DNA of 64,000 nucleotides from Macrostomum lignano. Lineage: Eukaryota. The position numbers were made by a program, and so were the translations under genes. This document shows, one piece after another, positions 25,070 through 36,120 of this stretch (within the stretch, counting starts at the first letter, position 1; every line of letters starts with the position of its first letter). The DNA lies in the NCBI GenBank assembly GCA_002269645.1, contig NIVC01001877.1:80406-144405 (forward strand), given 5' to 3'. Below the pieces are notes generated by a model. That model saw nothing but the letters and a program-made list of their open reading frames with translations. It was not told the DNA's origin and did not search any database.

Positions 25070-25479
25070 CAGTTCTCGTACAGAAACTATTGTTTCTAAA
25101 ATGATGAAAGTTCTAACAAAGAAAAAAAGGTTGCTCTCAGCTCTCTAATTAATCCATCTGAGAACCATTGAGTGAGCATTACATGCATGCACATCCCTCA
25201 TGACGGCACTAGTAGTATCTACGTTGGTTGTACTCATTGTCCTGCCAAAACAGATAGCTGAGCTCTCAAGAGCTGCTAATTGTGTAATAAAAAATAATTA
25301 AGGACGACTAAATTAACATATATATCTACTTAACTACTCTTCTACTTAAGTAGTCCTTGAAAATAATTACAGTGTATAATCATGAATGATCGGAGTGTTT
25401 AATTAGATTTAAAAGCAATAAAAACAGACAAAAATGGGGCTCAGGGCCCAGAGGGGGATATACTCGTATTATGTCAATA

Positions 25480-27490
25480 TGATGAGGACGCATTTTTTTC
25501 CAAATCTCATGCTCACATATGGGTTCTAAACTTGTTAGCCTACTGATAGCAGGCTATATGGGCATTCTTCCCACTTCTTTCTTTTCTGTAATTTTACTCG
25601 AATCCATACAAGTAGGATTTTTATAGCTATATGATTTTGCCATATTTGTAGTCATTATAGCATAGGCGTGGTTTTCGGTACTTTTTGGGTCATAAATCAT
25701 TGCTTGTAGGTGTGTCTGACAGCCACCTGCACCTCACTCAGTGTTGAAGCTGGCGCCAGATGGTCTGAGAAGATGCGGGCGGTTGGCTTTTTCTCATCAT
25801 TTTTGACAGGCCATCAGATTTATGAGGTCAGGGCCTGTTGTTCGTGTTTTCTCAAGCGTTTGTCAGCTTTGACAGCATGCGTTTTATCCCTAAAAGGTAC
25901 TTTTGGATTAGCGATTATCGATTTCTCTTCATCATCTTCTTTCTACATAATGAGACCTTCTAGTGCATATTTTTTTATAAATGTTTGCAGTAATTCCTAC
26001 GCAAAAAGCCATAAATCATTATGTAGCGATTTTGAGTGATTTATGACAATACCTGGCGTATTTTTATGGCCGCGAGGGAACTGATAGGATCTTTTGATCA
26101 CTTCAGTTGGGTGGCAACAAGCTCAGCCAATCAGAAAATTCGACGTCAGTTATAACAAATCGGCTCAGCCAATCAGCGTCGAGGTGTTTCATTTTAACAA
26201 ACTAGGTTATAAGGTCCAGTTGGCGACCATTTAAGCCGATGTTTTGGCCCGCTCAGAACCAACCTTTCACTTCTTCCCACTCTGACCCTGCTCTAGACGC
26301 TCGGACTGGCTCTAGAAGCATCCCCGGTCTCACTCCCCTTGGATTTGCGACCCCCGGAGTACGACATCTCCCCTCTCGTCACTGAGAACATCTCCCCCAG
26401 TTGACTTCTTCGGGACCAAGTCCATCACCTGCTAGCTATCTGCAACGATTGTGGACAGCATCATTCCGGGCCTACAGCTGCGAAGCACTAAGCCGATTAA
26501 GTCACTGTGGATTACCTGCATGGTCTCCCGGCTGGTTTCTGATTGGTTGGGTGAGAGGCTACCTAGACAATTGCTTGATTGGGTGATTCCTTATCTGTCC
26601 CCTATTTCAGTAGCTGGATTAGGCGCACAATTTTGCTCATTTTGTTCAGTAGTGCTGTTATTGAGGCAGAAATCATTCAATAATACTGTTAGTAGTCTGA
26701 AGCTCCAATTTAATCTGAGGTGTGAAGTGATTCAAGGAGAAGGTTAAATCTGACAGTTATTTCTATCGGTTTTATTTCTTTGTTCGCCGATGGCTCAGAT
26801 GAGTAGCTAAGCTAGTAGGCGCCGGTCACAGTGGACCAATGGCAAGGCAGTTCTCAGTCGATCAATCTATCAAATCAGTGAGCAAAATTGCCAATTAGTG
26901 CAAAACCGGCGCTAGAGGTGTACTCTGTGCACTCCAGGTTCGCCAAGCGGCTCGGGTAGTGAATCATGCGGTCTCTAAAGTTTGAGTAAGTTTATCATCA
27001 GCGCTACGAGAGGCCGGTTAGCGCGTTGAAGGCCGAAAATACAATCCCTCTTATTTAGCAATGTAAATACATGTACATGTAGCTACAGTACCTCATAGTC
27101 TCGCCACTGCAAGAATCCCCTGCACAAGTCCCCTCTGTACCTGCATGGCCAATGCAATCAAGTCCCAGCAGTGTCCCTTATCATCGGCTATGACTTCGAG
27201 ATTGACAGCAAAAAGACACTAGTTGGCAGGTAAAGTGCAAAGCCCCTTCTAGTCGGAAGCCCGATTTCGAGAGTCCCGGTTTGGTGAGCCAGGACACACG
27301 GGCTGGTGGCAGCAAGTTAGTTGATCTGCGGATTAGCTGATCTCATTTTTAAAATGTCTCTCGCTTTCCCTCTCTTAGCTATAGGACCTAGACTGCTCGC
27401 CACACGATCAAGCTACATTGGGGCTGACCATCTGACAGGAGTGGGGGGACACTAATTGATTCATTTCTGAGAACTGAGGCCCGGAGGCTT
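25480..27490. repeat. Unclassified ~2-kb dispersed repeat, copy 2, same orientation as copy 1
   Basis: Collinear with 15377-17341; near-identical blocks at 26770-26900 and 27125-27335. Confidence 0.88.
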
Positions 27491-28224
27491 TTAACGCCTG
27501 GATTTGACTTGAAATTCCGATTGGGACCCTGCGGGCAAACCCCGGCGGGAAATTTCCGTGCTCCCTAAAGTAACAGATAAGAGAGAACACAGAGTAGACA
27601 GAGACCAATCAATGCTGACGAACTAAAGAAATGAATAAGAAAGGCGCAACAACATTTAAAATGCATGCCGTAAGATAAAACCATTAAGTAGGAAATGATG
27701 AAGCACTTTTCTAAATAAAAGAATTGCAGCAGTTTAATTAATTGCTTAATTGCTTCAGACTTGAGGACTATATTAGTGCGTCAAAAGACTTTTGCAGGTG
27801 ACAGAAAAATGTTCCAAGCTTGGTTTTAGTAATATCGGCATATCGCGCTAAACTATCCATGAGATCATTGCAGATGAAAAAAATGTTGTCTGTGCAATTT
27901 ATGAATTGCATCAAATTAAAATTAAATTATCAGCTAAAAAGAATTACGTTTGTGTACGCGTAATTAAACAAGGCAAATTTCTAGTAAAAAACAAACAAAT
28001 TAACAGTATAACATTTCGGTCCACTGCAACGCCAGACTACACTTCGGTTTAAATGCGCCAAATTTCTCTGGAGGGCGGAGGCCATGCAGTTTTACGCGGC
28101 GTTTTCAGTCTCTTTGGAACTAAAATTGCTTCAACGTGTACCCTCACATTTTCTGGACTTTCAAATTCCAAATGAAGCAAGTAAGCATTTTGTCGGAGAT
28201 ATGTTTCACAAGCCGATGTGACTT

Positions 28225-29010
28225 ACTGGAGAATTGCTGAGATGTCAAGGCTTACCGGGGGGAATTGCCGAGATGTCAAGGCTTGACTGGGGGAATTGCT
28301 GAGATGTCAAGGCTTACTGGGGGGAATTGCTGAGTTGTCAAGGCTTACTGGGGGAATTGCTGAGATGTCAAGGCTTACTGGGGGGAATTGCTGAGTTGTC
28401 AAGGCTTACTGGGGGAATTGCTAAGATGTCAAGGCTTACTGGGGGAATTGCTGAGATGTCAAGGCTTACTGGGGGAATTGCTGAGTTGTCAAGGCTTACT
28501 GGGGGAATTGCTGAGTTGTCAAGGCTTACTGGGGGAATTGCTGAGTTGTCAAGGCTTACTGGGGGAATTGCTGAGATGTCAAGGCTTACTGGGGGAATTG
28601 CTGAGTTGTCAAGGCTTACTGGGGGGAATTGCCGAGATGTCAAGGCTTACCGGGGGGAATTGCCGAGATGTCAAGGCTTGACTGGGGGAATTGCTGAGAT
28701 GTCAAGGCTTATAGGAGGAATCTGAGATGTCAAGGCTTACTGGGGGAATTGCTGAGATGTCAAGGCTCACGGGGGGAATTGCTGAGATGTCAAGGCTCAC
28801 TGGGGGAATTGCTGAGATGTCAAGGCTTACTGGGGGAATTGCTGAGATTTCAAGGCTCACTGGGGGAATTGCTGAGATTTCAAGGCTCACTGGGGGAATT
28901 GCTGAGATGTCAAGGCTTATGGGGGAATTACTGCACTGTGATGTCAAGGCTTAGATTTAGGTATTGCTGAGATTTCAAGGATTATGGGGGAATCTGAGAT
29001 GTCAAAGCTG
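28225..29010. repeat. Tandem minisatellite, ~30-bp unit
   Basis: gggggaattgctgagatgtcaaggcttact with variable G-tract; its ORFs are repeat artefacts. Confidence 0.95.
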
Positions 29011-29340
29011 AGTTTAGAATCTACACGTACTTTATTAAAAAAATTGTATTCCATTTCTTTGTGCTTGGCTCCCCAAGGGGGGCGCAGCTTGCTAGTATGC
29101 TACTCATGAGAAAAGAGTAATATAAGCGCATTTTTTGCGAGTGACATTTGATTATTCTTCTTTTAAATTCCGACTAGAAATTCGAAAAAAACGCATATCT
29201 GCCTAACTTGCAATTCTGAAGTCCAGAGTTGTGACAATGCAAGATTTCTTGCTCAATTTCTAATGCAGCGACAACCGGCTGTCCTCTGACGAAATTCACA
29301 CAATTTGCGAGTGTAGCATCCCCACTCTATACAAATCATT

Positions 29341-31508
29341 TTAAACTTTCAAGACTCGCCTATCCTTAGGGAAGCTCATCGTGAGCCCACAGACAGCCTC
29401 TAATATGGCATTGATTGGCATCTGGTCGAACATGCCCTTGTCCAAGTGGCTGCTGTGTACCTGCTTGCCCGGCCCGAGTACCAGACAGGCGCCGTTTAGC
29501 AACAAGTTGGCCTTGAAGTCGCGGTACCACATGGCCCGGTAGGTGCTGCTGAGGATGCCGGAGAGCCAGCCAGACTTCACGTGCTTGCTGGTAGTGGGGT
29601 CTGGAAAATATTGAAAGAAAAAATACAATCACTTGACTGCTGTTTTACAACTATATAAATGATGCCTTGGGAGAGCCGAAAAGGGAGAGAAAGACAGTGG
29701 GAAAGGGAGTGAGACATGGGAGAAGTACAAAGAGACAAAAGGAGAGAGGGAGAAAAGGGGAGACATGGGGAAGACAGGGAGAGACGGGGGAGAATGGGAA
29801 GAGAGAGAGTGAGATGGAGAGAGGAGAGAGGGAGATGGGGAGAGAGGGATAGATGTGGGAGAGGAGAGAGGGAGATGGGGAGAGGGAGATATGGGGGGGA
29901 GGGGAGAGATGGGGGAGAGGGAGAGACACAAGGGTGAGGGAAAGAGATAGGTGAGTGAGGGAGAGAGGTAGAGTCAGAGGCGGAGAGATGGGGGAGGGGG
30001 AGAGACAAGGGTGAGGGAAAGAGATAGGTGAGTGAGGGAGAGAGGTAGAGTCAGAGGCGGAGAGATGGGGGAGGGGGAGAGACAAGGGTGAGGGAAAGAG
30101 ATAGGTGAGTGAGGGAGAGAGGTAGAGTCAGAGGCGGAGAGATGGGGGAGGGGGAGAGACAAGGGTGAGGGAAAGAGATAGGTGAGTGAGGGAGAGAGGT
30201 AGAGTCAGAGGCGGAGAGATGGAGCGAGAGGGAGAGCGTGATCGAGCTGGATAGAAGTAGAAGTAGAGAGGTAGAGAGTGGAAGAGAGGAAGACTTGCAT
30301 TATCTAAAACCGTTAGGGCCAGAGTGAGAATTTATTACAACTATTCAGATTCCTCAAGCTACATGTACCTCATAATTCATAAATACCCGAAACTTCACAT
30401 TCCTCGAATTTTGCTTCCTCAAAACTCTTTTCAACCCTCCCTCCTCCAAAAATCGATGCTGGCACTCGCCGCACCCACCCTGATTGTTGCCGTTCAATTC
30501 GTCGCACTTGCAACCGATCGCCTTGTAGATTGCGGCGTCTGGGTCGCATAGCATAGCGTGGCGGAATCCGGTCTCCTCCCTGAACATCTGTGAGGATTTC
30601 GGAATGATCGTTTCTCAAATAACATTGTTTTAGTGTTTAGATGTATTAAGAGTTAAAATGGGTCAAACGTACAGGAATCAGATCAGGCCCATGAGGCCCA
30701 ATGGTTACGAGCTGCACATTTCCCTTTTCAAGGTAGTCATCTGGTATTTTTGCCAGGTCCTCAGCGTATTCTTTTGCCGTGAAGCACTGGGGATGCTGCA
30801 GAATAACGGATAAAATTTTGGAGGTGGTACTAAATTTAAAAAGGACTTACTTGAAGATAGATGATTCTTCGAATCAAAGCAAAGAAAGCCCAAATCTTTA
30901 TATCAAAATTTGATGTGCGACTTTCAACAGAAAAAAAACTAAAACGGTGGCGCAACTAGCCGGGTTCGGAAGGGAGCCTCTGTATTTTGGCGAAAATGCG
31001 CTTGGTCCCTACCCCCTTTGATTTTTTCAGGTCTCCACCTAAAGGGGGCGACTGACCCTGTCCCCCTTAGTTGCGCCACTGAAAGCTAATTGGTTATTTT
31101 CAGCACAGCTTATTTCAGTGGAAATCGTCGACGTCAATAAACTGAGAGTGAAGAACATCCAGTGCAAATTGAACGTTTGTAATGCTATCTTAGTCCCCTC
31201 ATCAGCGCTACGACTTGTGCAGTGCCTTAAAACAGTGCATACAGGGAAATATAATTGCCTTTTTAGTAACCATGATTTTTCATACCGTAGCTCGATCATT
31301 CAAAATACTCCAACTTTCATACCCTGAGAAGGACGACAACCGTCTTCTTATCTTTGTATAGATCACCGAAGCGTATTGAGTTTCCCTCCTCGTCCAATAC
31401 AAACAAATCTTCTAAGCGTTCTATGTCGACCGTGACTTCGTCGTTAATTCCTCGAGATAAATTAATTTTCACAACTTTTTCGATTTTTGTTGGCTCAGAA
31501 GATGCCAT
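29341..31508 (-). CDS. PRXL2C: Peroxiredoxin-like 2C / AAED1-type AhpC-TSA protein, 4 exons, 225 aa
   Basis: Exons 31508-31323 (..VLDEEGNSIRFGDLYKDKKTVVVLLR), 30795-30673 (HPQCFTAKEYAEDLAKIPDDYLEKGNVQLVTIG..), 30587-30479 (MFREETGFRHAMLCDPDAAIYKAIG..) and 29600-29341 (..SKHVKSGWLSGILSSTYRAM..LVLGPGKQVHSSHLDKGMFDQMPINAILEAV..VLKV*). GT-AG junctions, phases 0, 0, 1; motif order matches the PRXL2C family as recalled. Confidence 0.9.
29680..30290. repeat. GA-rich tract with ~4 tandem 77-bp units, in PRXL2C intron 3
   Basis: agagacaagggtgaggg recurs at 30001, 30078 and 30155. Confidence 0.85.
30945..31081. mobile_element. 137-bp hAT-type MITE in PRXL2C intron 1
   Basis: TIR cggtggcgcaacta / tagttgcgccactg (13/14); approximate flanking duplication aaaactaa / aaagctaa. 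Confidence 0.7.
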
Positions 31509-32139
31509 CTCCGCAATTTATTTTCCGAAACAGCGAAATGTGTATTGCAGATTCAGAAAGGACGAATTAAACAGAAAAATCTCATGTCTTAAATCCGTGC
31601 GTTAATATATGTTTGCCGAGAAACTTTAAAGTAAAACAAAATGTTTTATTTCTAAGATAGCATTACAAACTAATTAGATAATTATTATTAGCTTATGCCT
31701 TCAAAGAGTGAAATAACGTTAGAAATTAATATTTTTTTGCCTGTTGTTTATCGTCTATTGTCGATATTTTTATCCTGCGAGTGCGCTGTATGGACTATTT
31801 TTTTATATGTAAAGATGGGCCCGTTCAATATAACGCCATCGTAAGATAAGATCGTTCTTAGCTTCTACTAGCAATCTAGTGCGGCCCCCCTTCGGGGCGC
31901 CCAATAAGAAAGGAGCAAAAATAGTTCATGGAAAACAATAAAAAAACACATTTTCTTAAACACTAATTCCTTCTTCACATTTTAAAAATCACCTTATTCG
32001 TGTAAAATTGTCACGGACTAAGATGTTTGCAAAATTAAAAAATCACTTTTTCTCTAAAATTAACAAACAGTCAACAAAATATCGTTTCACTAAATAGAAA
32101 ATATTCCCAAGACAGCAAGCAACCCCCTCCAAAAGTGAA

Positions 32140-32570
32140 CAATCGCAGATAGCAAGCATCCTCTAATGCTCATAGCAAGAATCACCACAGATAGCAAGCA
32201 TCTGCAGATTAGCAAGCACCCCCAGATATTATAGAAGCATCCACCCAGATAGCAAGCATCCACTCAGATAGCAAGCATTCTGCAGATATCAAGCACCCCC
32301 AGATATTATAGAAGCATCCTGCAGATAGCAAGCACCCCCCAGATATTATAGAAGCATTCTGCAGATAGCAAGCACCCCCCAGATATTATAGAAGCATCCA
32401 CCCAGATAGCAAGCATCCTGCAGATAGCAAGAATCCCTAAATAGCAAGCATCCTGCAGATAGCAAGAATCCCTGAATAGCAAGCATCCCTGGATAGAAAG
32501 AATCCCATGCATGTAGCCAGTACCCCCTCTCCCAAATAGCAAGTATCCCCCTCGAGAGCAAGCATCCACG
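32140..32570. repeat. Degenerate tandem array (cagatagcaagca... units of about 20-40 bp)
   Basis: Recurrent cagatagcaagca and cagatattatagaagcat motifs. Confidence 0.85.
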
Positions 32571-32699
32571 AGACAGCAAGTAGCTAGTGCAAATGTTACT
32601 TCCGCTAATGCAATAATCGCTTTCTCAGGTTGTGCAACAATCCACGTCTCAGCGAGCGCAATAATCTCTTTTTTAGACAGCGCAGTAATCAGCTTCTCA

Positions 32700-35085
32700 G
32701 CTAGTGCAATAATCCTTGGTTTATTAATAGCAATAATCCTTGATTAATCAAGTGCAATAATCCTTGGTTTATCAAGTGCAATAATCCTTGGTTTATCAAG
32801 TGCAGTAATCTTTGGCTTATCAAGTGCAATAATCCTTGGTTTATCAAGTGCAATAATCCTTTGTTTATCAAGTGCAATAATCCTTGGTTTATCAAGTGCA
32901 ATAATCCTTGGTTTATTAAGTGCAATAATCCTTGGTTTATCAAGTGCAATAATCCTTGGTTTATCTAGCGCAGTAATCCTTGGCTTATCAGGTGCAATAA
33001 TCCTTGGTTTATCAAGTGCAATATTTGTTTATCAAGTGCAATAATCCTTGGTTTATCAAGTGAAATAATCCTTGGTTTATCAAGTGCAATAATCCTTGGT
33101 TTATCAAGTGCAATAATCCTTGGTTTATCAAGCGCAGTAATCTTTGGCCTATCAAGTGCAATAATCCTTGGTTTATCAAGTGCAGTAATCCTTGGCCTAT
33201 CAAGTGCAATAATCCTTGGTTTATCAAGTGCAATAATCCTTGGTTTATCAAGTGCAATAATCCTTGGTTTATCAAGTGCAATAATCCTTGGCTTATCAAC
33301 TGCAAAAATCCTTGGTTTATCAAGTGCAATAGTCCTTGGTTTATCAAGCGCAGTAATCCTTGGCCTATCAAGTGCAATAATCCTTGGCTTATCAAGTGCA
33401 ATAATCCTTGGTTTATCAAGTGCAATAATCCTTGGTTTATCAAGTGCAGTAATCCTTGGCCTATCAAGTGCAATAATCCTTGGTTTGCCAAGAGCAATAA
33501 TCCTTAGTTTATCGAGTGCAGTAATCCTTAGTTTTCCAAGTGCAGTAATCCTTGGTTTATTAAGAGCAATAATCCTTGGCTTATCGAGTGCAGTAATCCT
33601 TGGTTTGCCAAGAGCAATAATCCTTGGTTTATCAAGTGCAATAATCCTTGGTTTATCAAGTGCAATAATCCTTGGTTTATCAAGTGCAATAATCCTTGGT
33701 TTATCAGATGCAATAATCCTTGGCTTATCAACTGCAATAATCCTTGGTTTATCAGATGCAATAATCCTTGGCTTATCAACTGCAATAATCCTTGGTTTAT
33801 CAAGTGCAATAATCCTTGGTTTATCAAGCGCAGTAATCTTTGGCCTATCAAGTGCAATAATCCTTGGTTTATCAAGTGCAATAATCCTTGGTTTATCAAG
33901 TGCAATAATCTTTGGTTTATCAGATGCAATAATCCTTGGCTTATCAACTGCAATAATCCTTGGTTTATCAAGTGCAATAATCCTTGGCTTATTAAGTGCA
34001 ATAATCCTTGGTTTATCAAGCGCAGTAATCTTTGGCCTATCAAGTGCAATAATCCTTGGTTTATCAAGTGCAGTAATCCTTGGCCTATCAAGTGCAATAA
34101 TCCTTGGTTTATCAAGTGCAATAGTCTTTGGTTTATCGAGTGCAGTAATCCTTAGTTTTCCAAGTGCAGTAATCCTTGTTTATTAAGAGCAATAATCCTT
34201 GGTTTATCGAGTGCAGTAGTCCTTGGTTTATTAATATCAATAATCCTTGAATAATCCAGTGCATTAATCCTTGGCTTATCAAGTGCAACATTCTTTACTA
34301 TCAAGTGCAATAATCCATGGCTTATCAAGTGCAATAATCCTTGGCTTATCAAGTGCAATAATCCTTGGTTTATCAAGTGCAATAATCCTTTGTTTATCAA
34401 GTGCAATAATCCTTTGTTTATCAAGTGCAATAATCCTTTGTTTATCAAGTGCAATAATCCTTGGTTTATCAAGCGCAGTAATCCTTGGCTTATCAAGTGC
34501 AATAATCCTTGGTTTATCAAGTGCAATAATCCTTGGTTTATCAAGCGCAGTAATCTTTGGCCTATCAAGTGCAATAGTCCTTGGTTTATCGAGTGCAGTA
34601 ATCCTTGGTTTTCCAAGTGCAATAATCCTTGGCTTCTTGAGTGCAGTAATCCTTGGTTTGCCAAGAGCAATAGTCCTTGGTTTATCGAGTGCAGTAATCC
34701 TTGGTTTTCCAAGTGCAGTAATCCTTGGTTTATTAATAGCAATAATCCTTGGCTTCTTGAGTGCAGTAATCCTTGGTTTGCCAAGAGCAATAGTCCTTGG
34801 TTTATCGAGTGCATTAATCCTTGGTTTTCCAAGTGCAATAATTCTTGGCTTCTTGAGTGCAGTAATCCTTGGTTTGCCAAGAGCAATAGTCCTTGGTTTA
34901 TCGAGTGCAGTAATCCTTGGTTTTCCAAGTGCCGTAATCCTTGGTTTATTAATAGCAATAATCCTTGATTAATCAAGTGCAGTAATCTTTGGTTTGCCAA
35001 GAGCAATAGTCCTTGGTTTATCGAGTGCAGTAGTCCTTGGTTTATTAATAGCAATAATCCTTGGCTTATCGAGTGCAGTAATCTA
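32700..35085. repeat. Tandem minisatellite, 24-bp unit, about 100 copies
   Basis: tcaagtgcaataatccttggttta and point variants; source of the LLHLINQG and SSAIILGL ORFs. Confidence 0.97.
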
Positions 35086-35639
35086 AGTGTTTTTATTTAG
35101 TCCTTTAATAAAACCTTTTAATAAAAAATTTTACACTACTACTTTTAAACTACTTAGATTCGAACCTAGGTCGCTGCATTAGCAGTCTGGTCTGTTCAGC
35201 TCTAGGCTAGCTCTCATCGAAGTTATCAGTGATGTTGTACCACTTATATAATTCAACACTCACACCAAGTCAGGTAGAGTAAAAAGTCACACGAAGCAGT
35301 TATGACATAATCAATTTCTTAGGCAAGTCAGTACCAGTGTCTATGAAAGTTTACAATATGGTTACGTAATATAAATTCAGTACTGCGCTATGCTTTCACA
35401 CTCAAAGCTGTGACGCAATTCAATTGAGTGTCAAATTCAGCCAGTACACAGACGATAAATAAAGTGTATTGTGATGCAATCTATTTCAGAATCAGAATTC
35501 AACCAGTCAGTTTTTCTGCTAGCATTCTTACGATGCATTTCAAGTCGAAAGAGCTGCTTGACCTTTGCAAAAAAGCATGTTTTTCGAATATTTAATCCCT
35601 TTAGCATCAAGCAATTTCTTAGCCACGATGCATGTACTG

Positions 35640-36120
35640 TCACGGGAAAATTTCTGATCGAACAGTGCAAGTTCGAAGAAAATCGGTTGAGCCGTTTTTG
35701 CTAAAATCGATCACACACACATACACACACACACACATACCGACAGACCATTTTTAGTATATTGGATCTCTGCAGTGTAAAAGTTAAGACGTACGATCGA
35801 ACTTACGCTACAACAGCTTTATAGATAGTACGACCCCAAGTCTTTAGTAAGTCACTCCTGCTAGGCCTAGCCGTGCCCAATACTAGTATGATGTGCAAAT
35901 TGTGATACTGAATTGTAATGTATGGTGTGATCCCCATTTTTAACAACTGCTAGACATCTATTCTAGTTCCCAGTGAGCTCCGCGAAACCCACAAACCCAA
36001 GGACACGCGCGAAGCGCGTGTCCTTGGGTTTGTGGGGTGAGCGGAGCGAACGCGCGAGGCACAAAGTGCCGAGCATGAGGAACAAACAGCCAGCCAATGC
36101 GCGAAGCGCATTGGGTGGTC
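35640..36120. mobile_element. Probable non-autonomous Helitron/Helentron-associated (DINE/HINE-like) remnants
   Basis: gaaaatcggttgagccgttt followed by (CA)n and acagac; a 23-bp perfect stem with GAA loop at 35988-36036; a second GCGAAGC hairpin near 36100; CTAG motifs next to the hairpin. Confidence 0.5.

Noticed and set aside
15377-27490. The 2-kb repeat pair as LTRs of an intact retrotransposon
   Set aside because: No TG...CA ends, PBS, PPT, TSD or gag-pol between them; kept only as an unclassified repeat.
27760-28185. Coding-looking stretch with a GTAAGC donor before the 30-bp array
   Set aside because: No frame is open across it and no family motif was recognised.
33012-35054. LLHLINQG and SSAIILGL repeat ORFs
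   Set aside because: They are open on both strands, broken by frameshifts and stops, and derive from the 24-bp unit.
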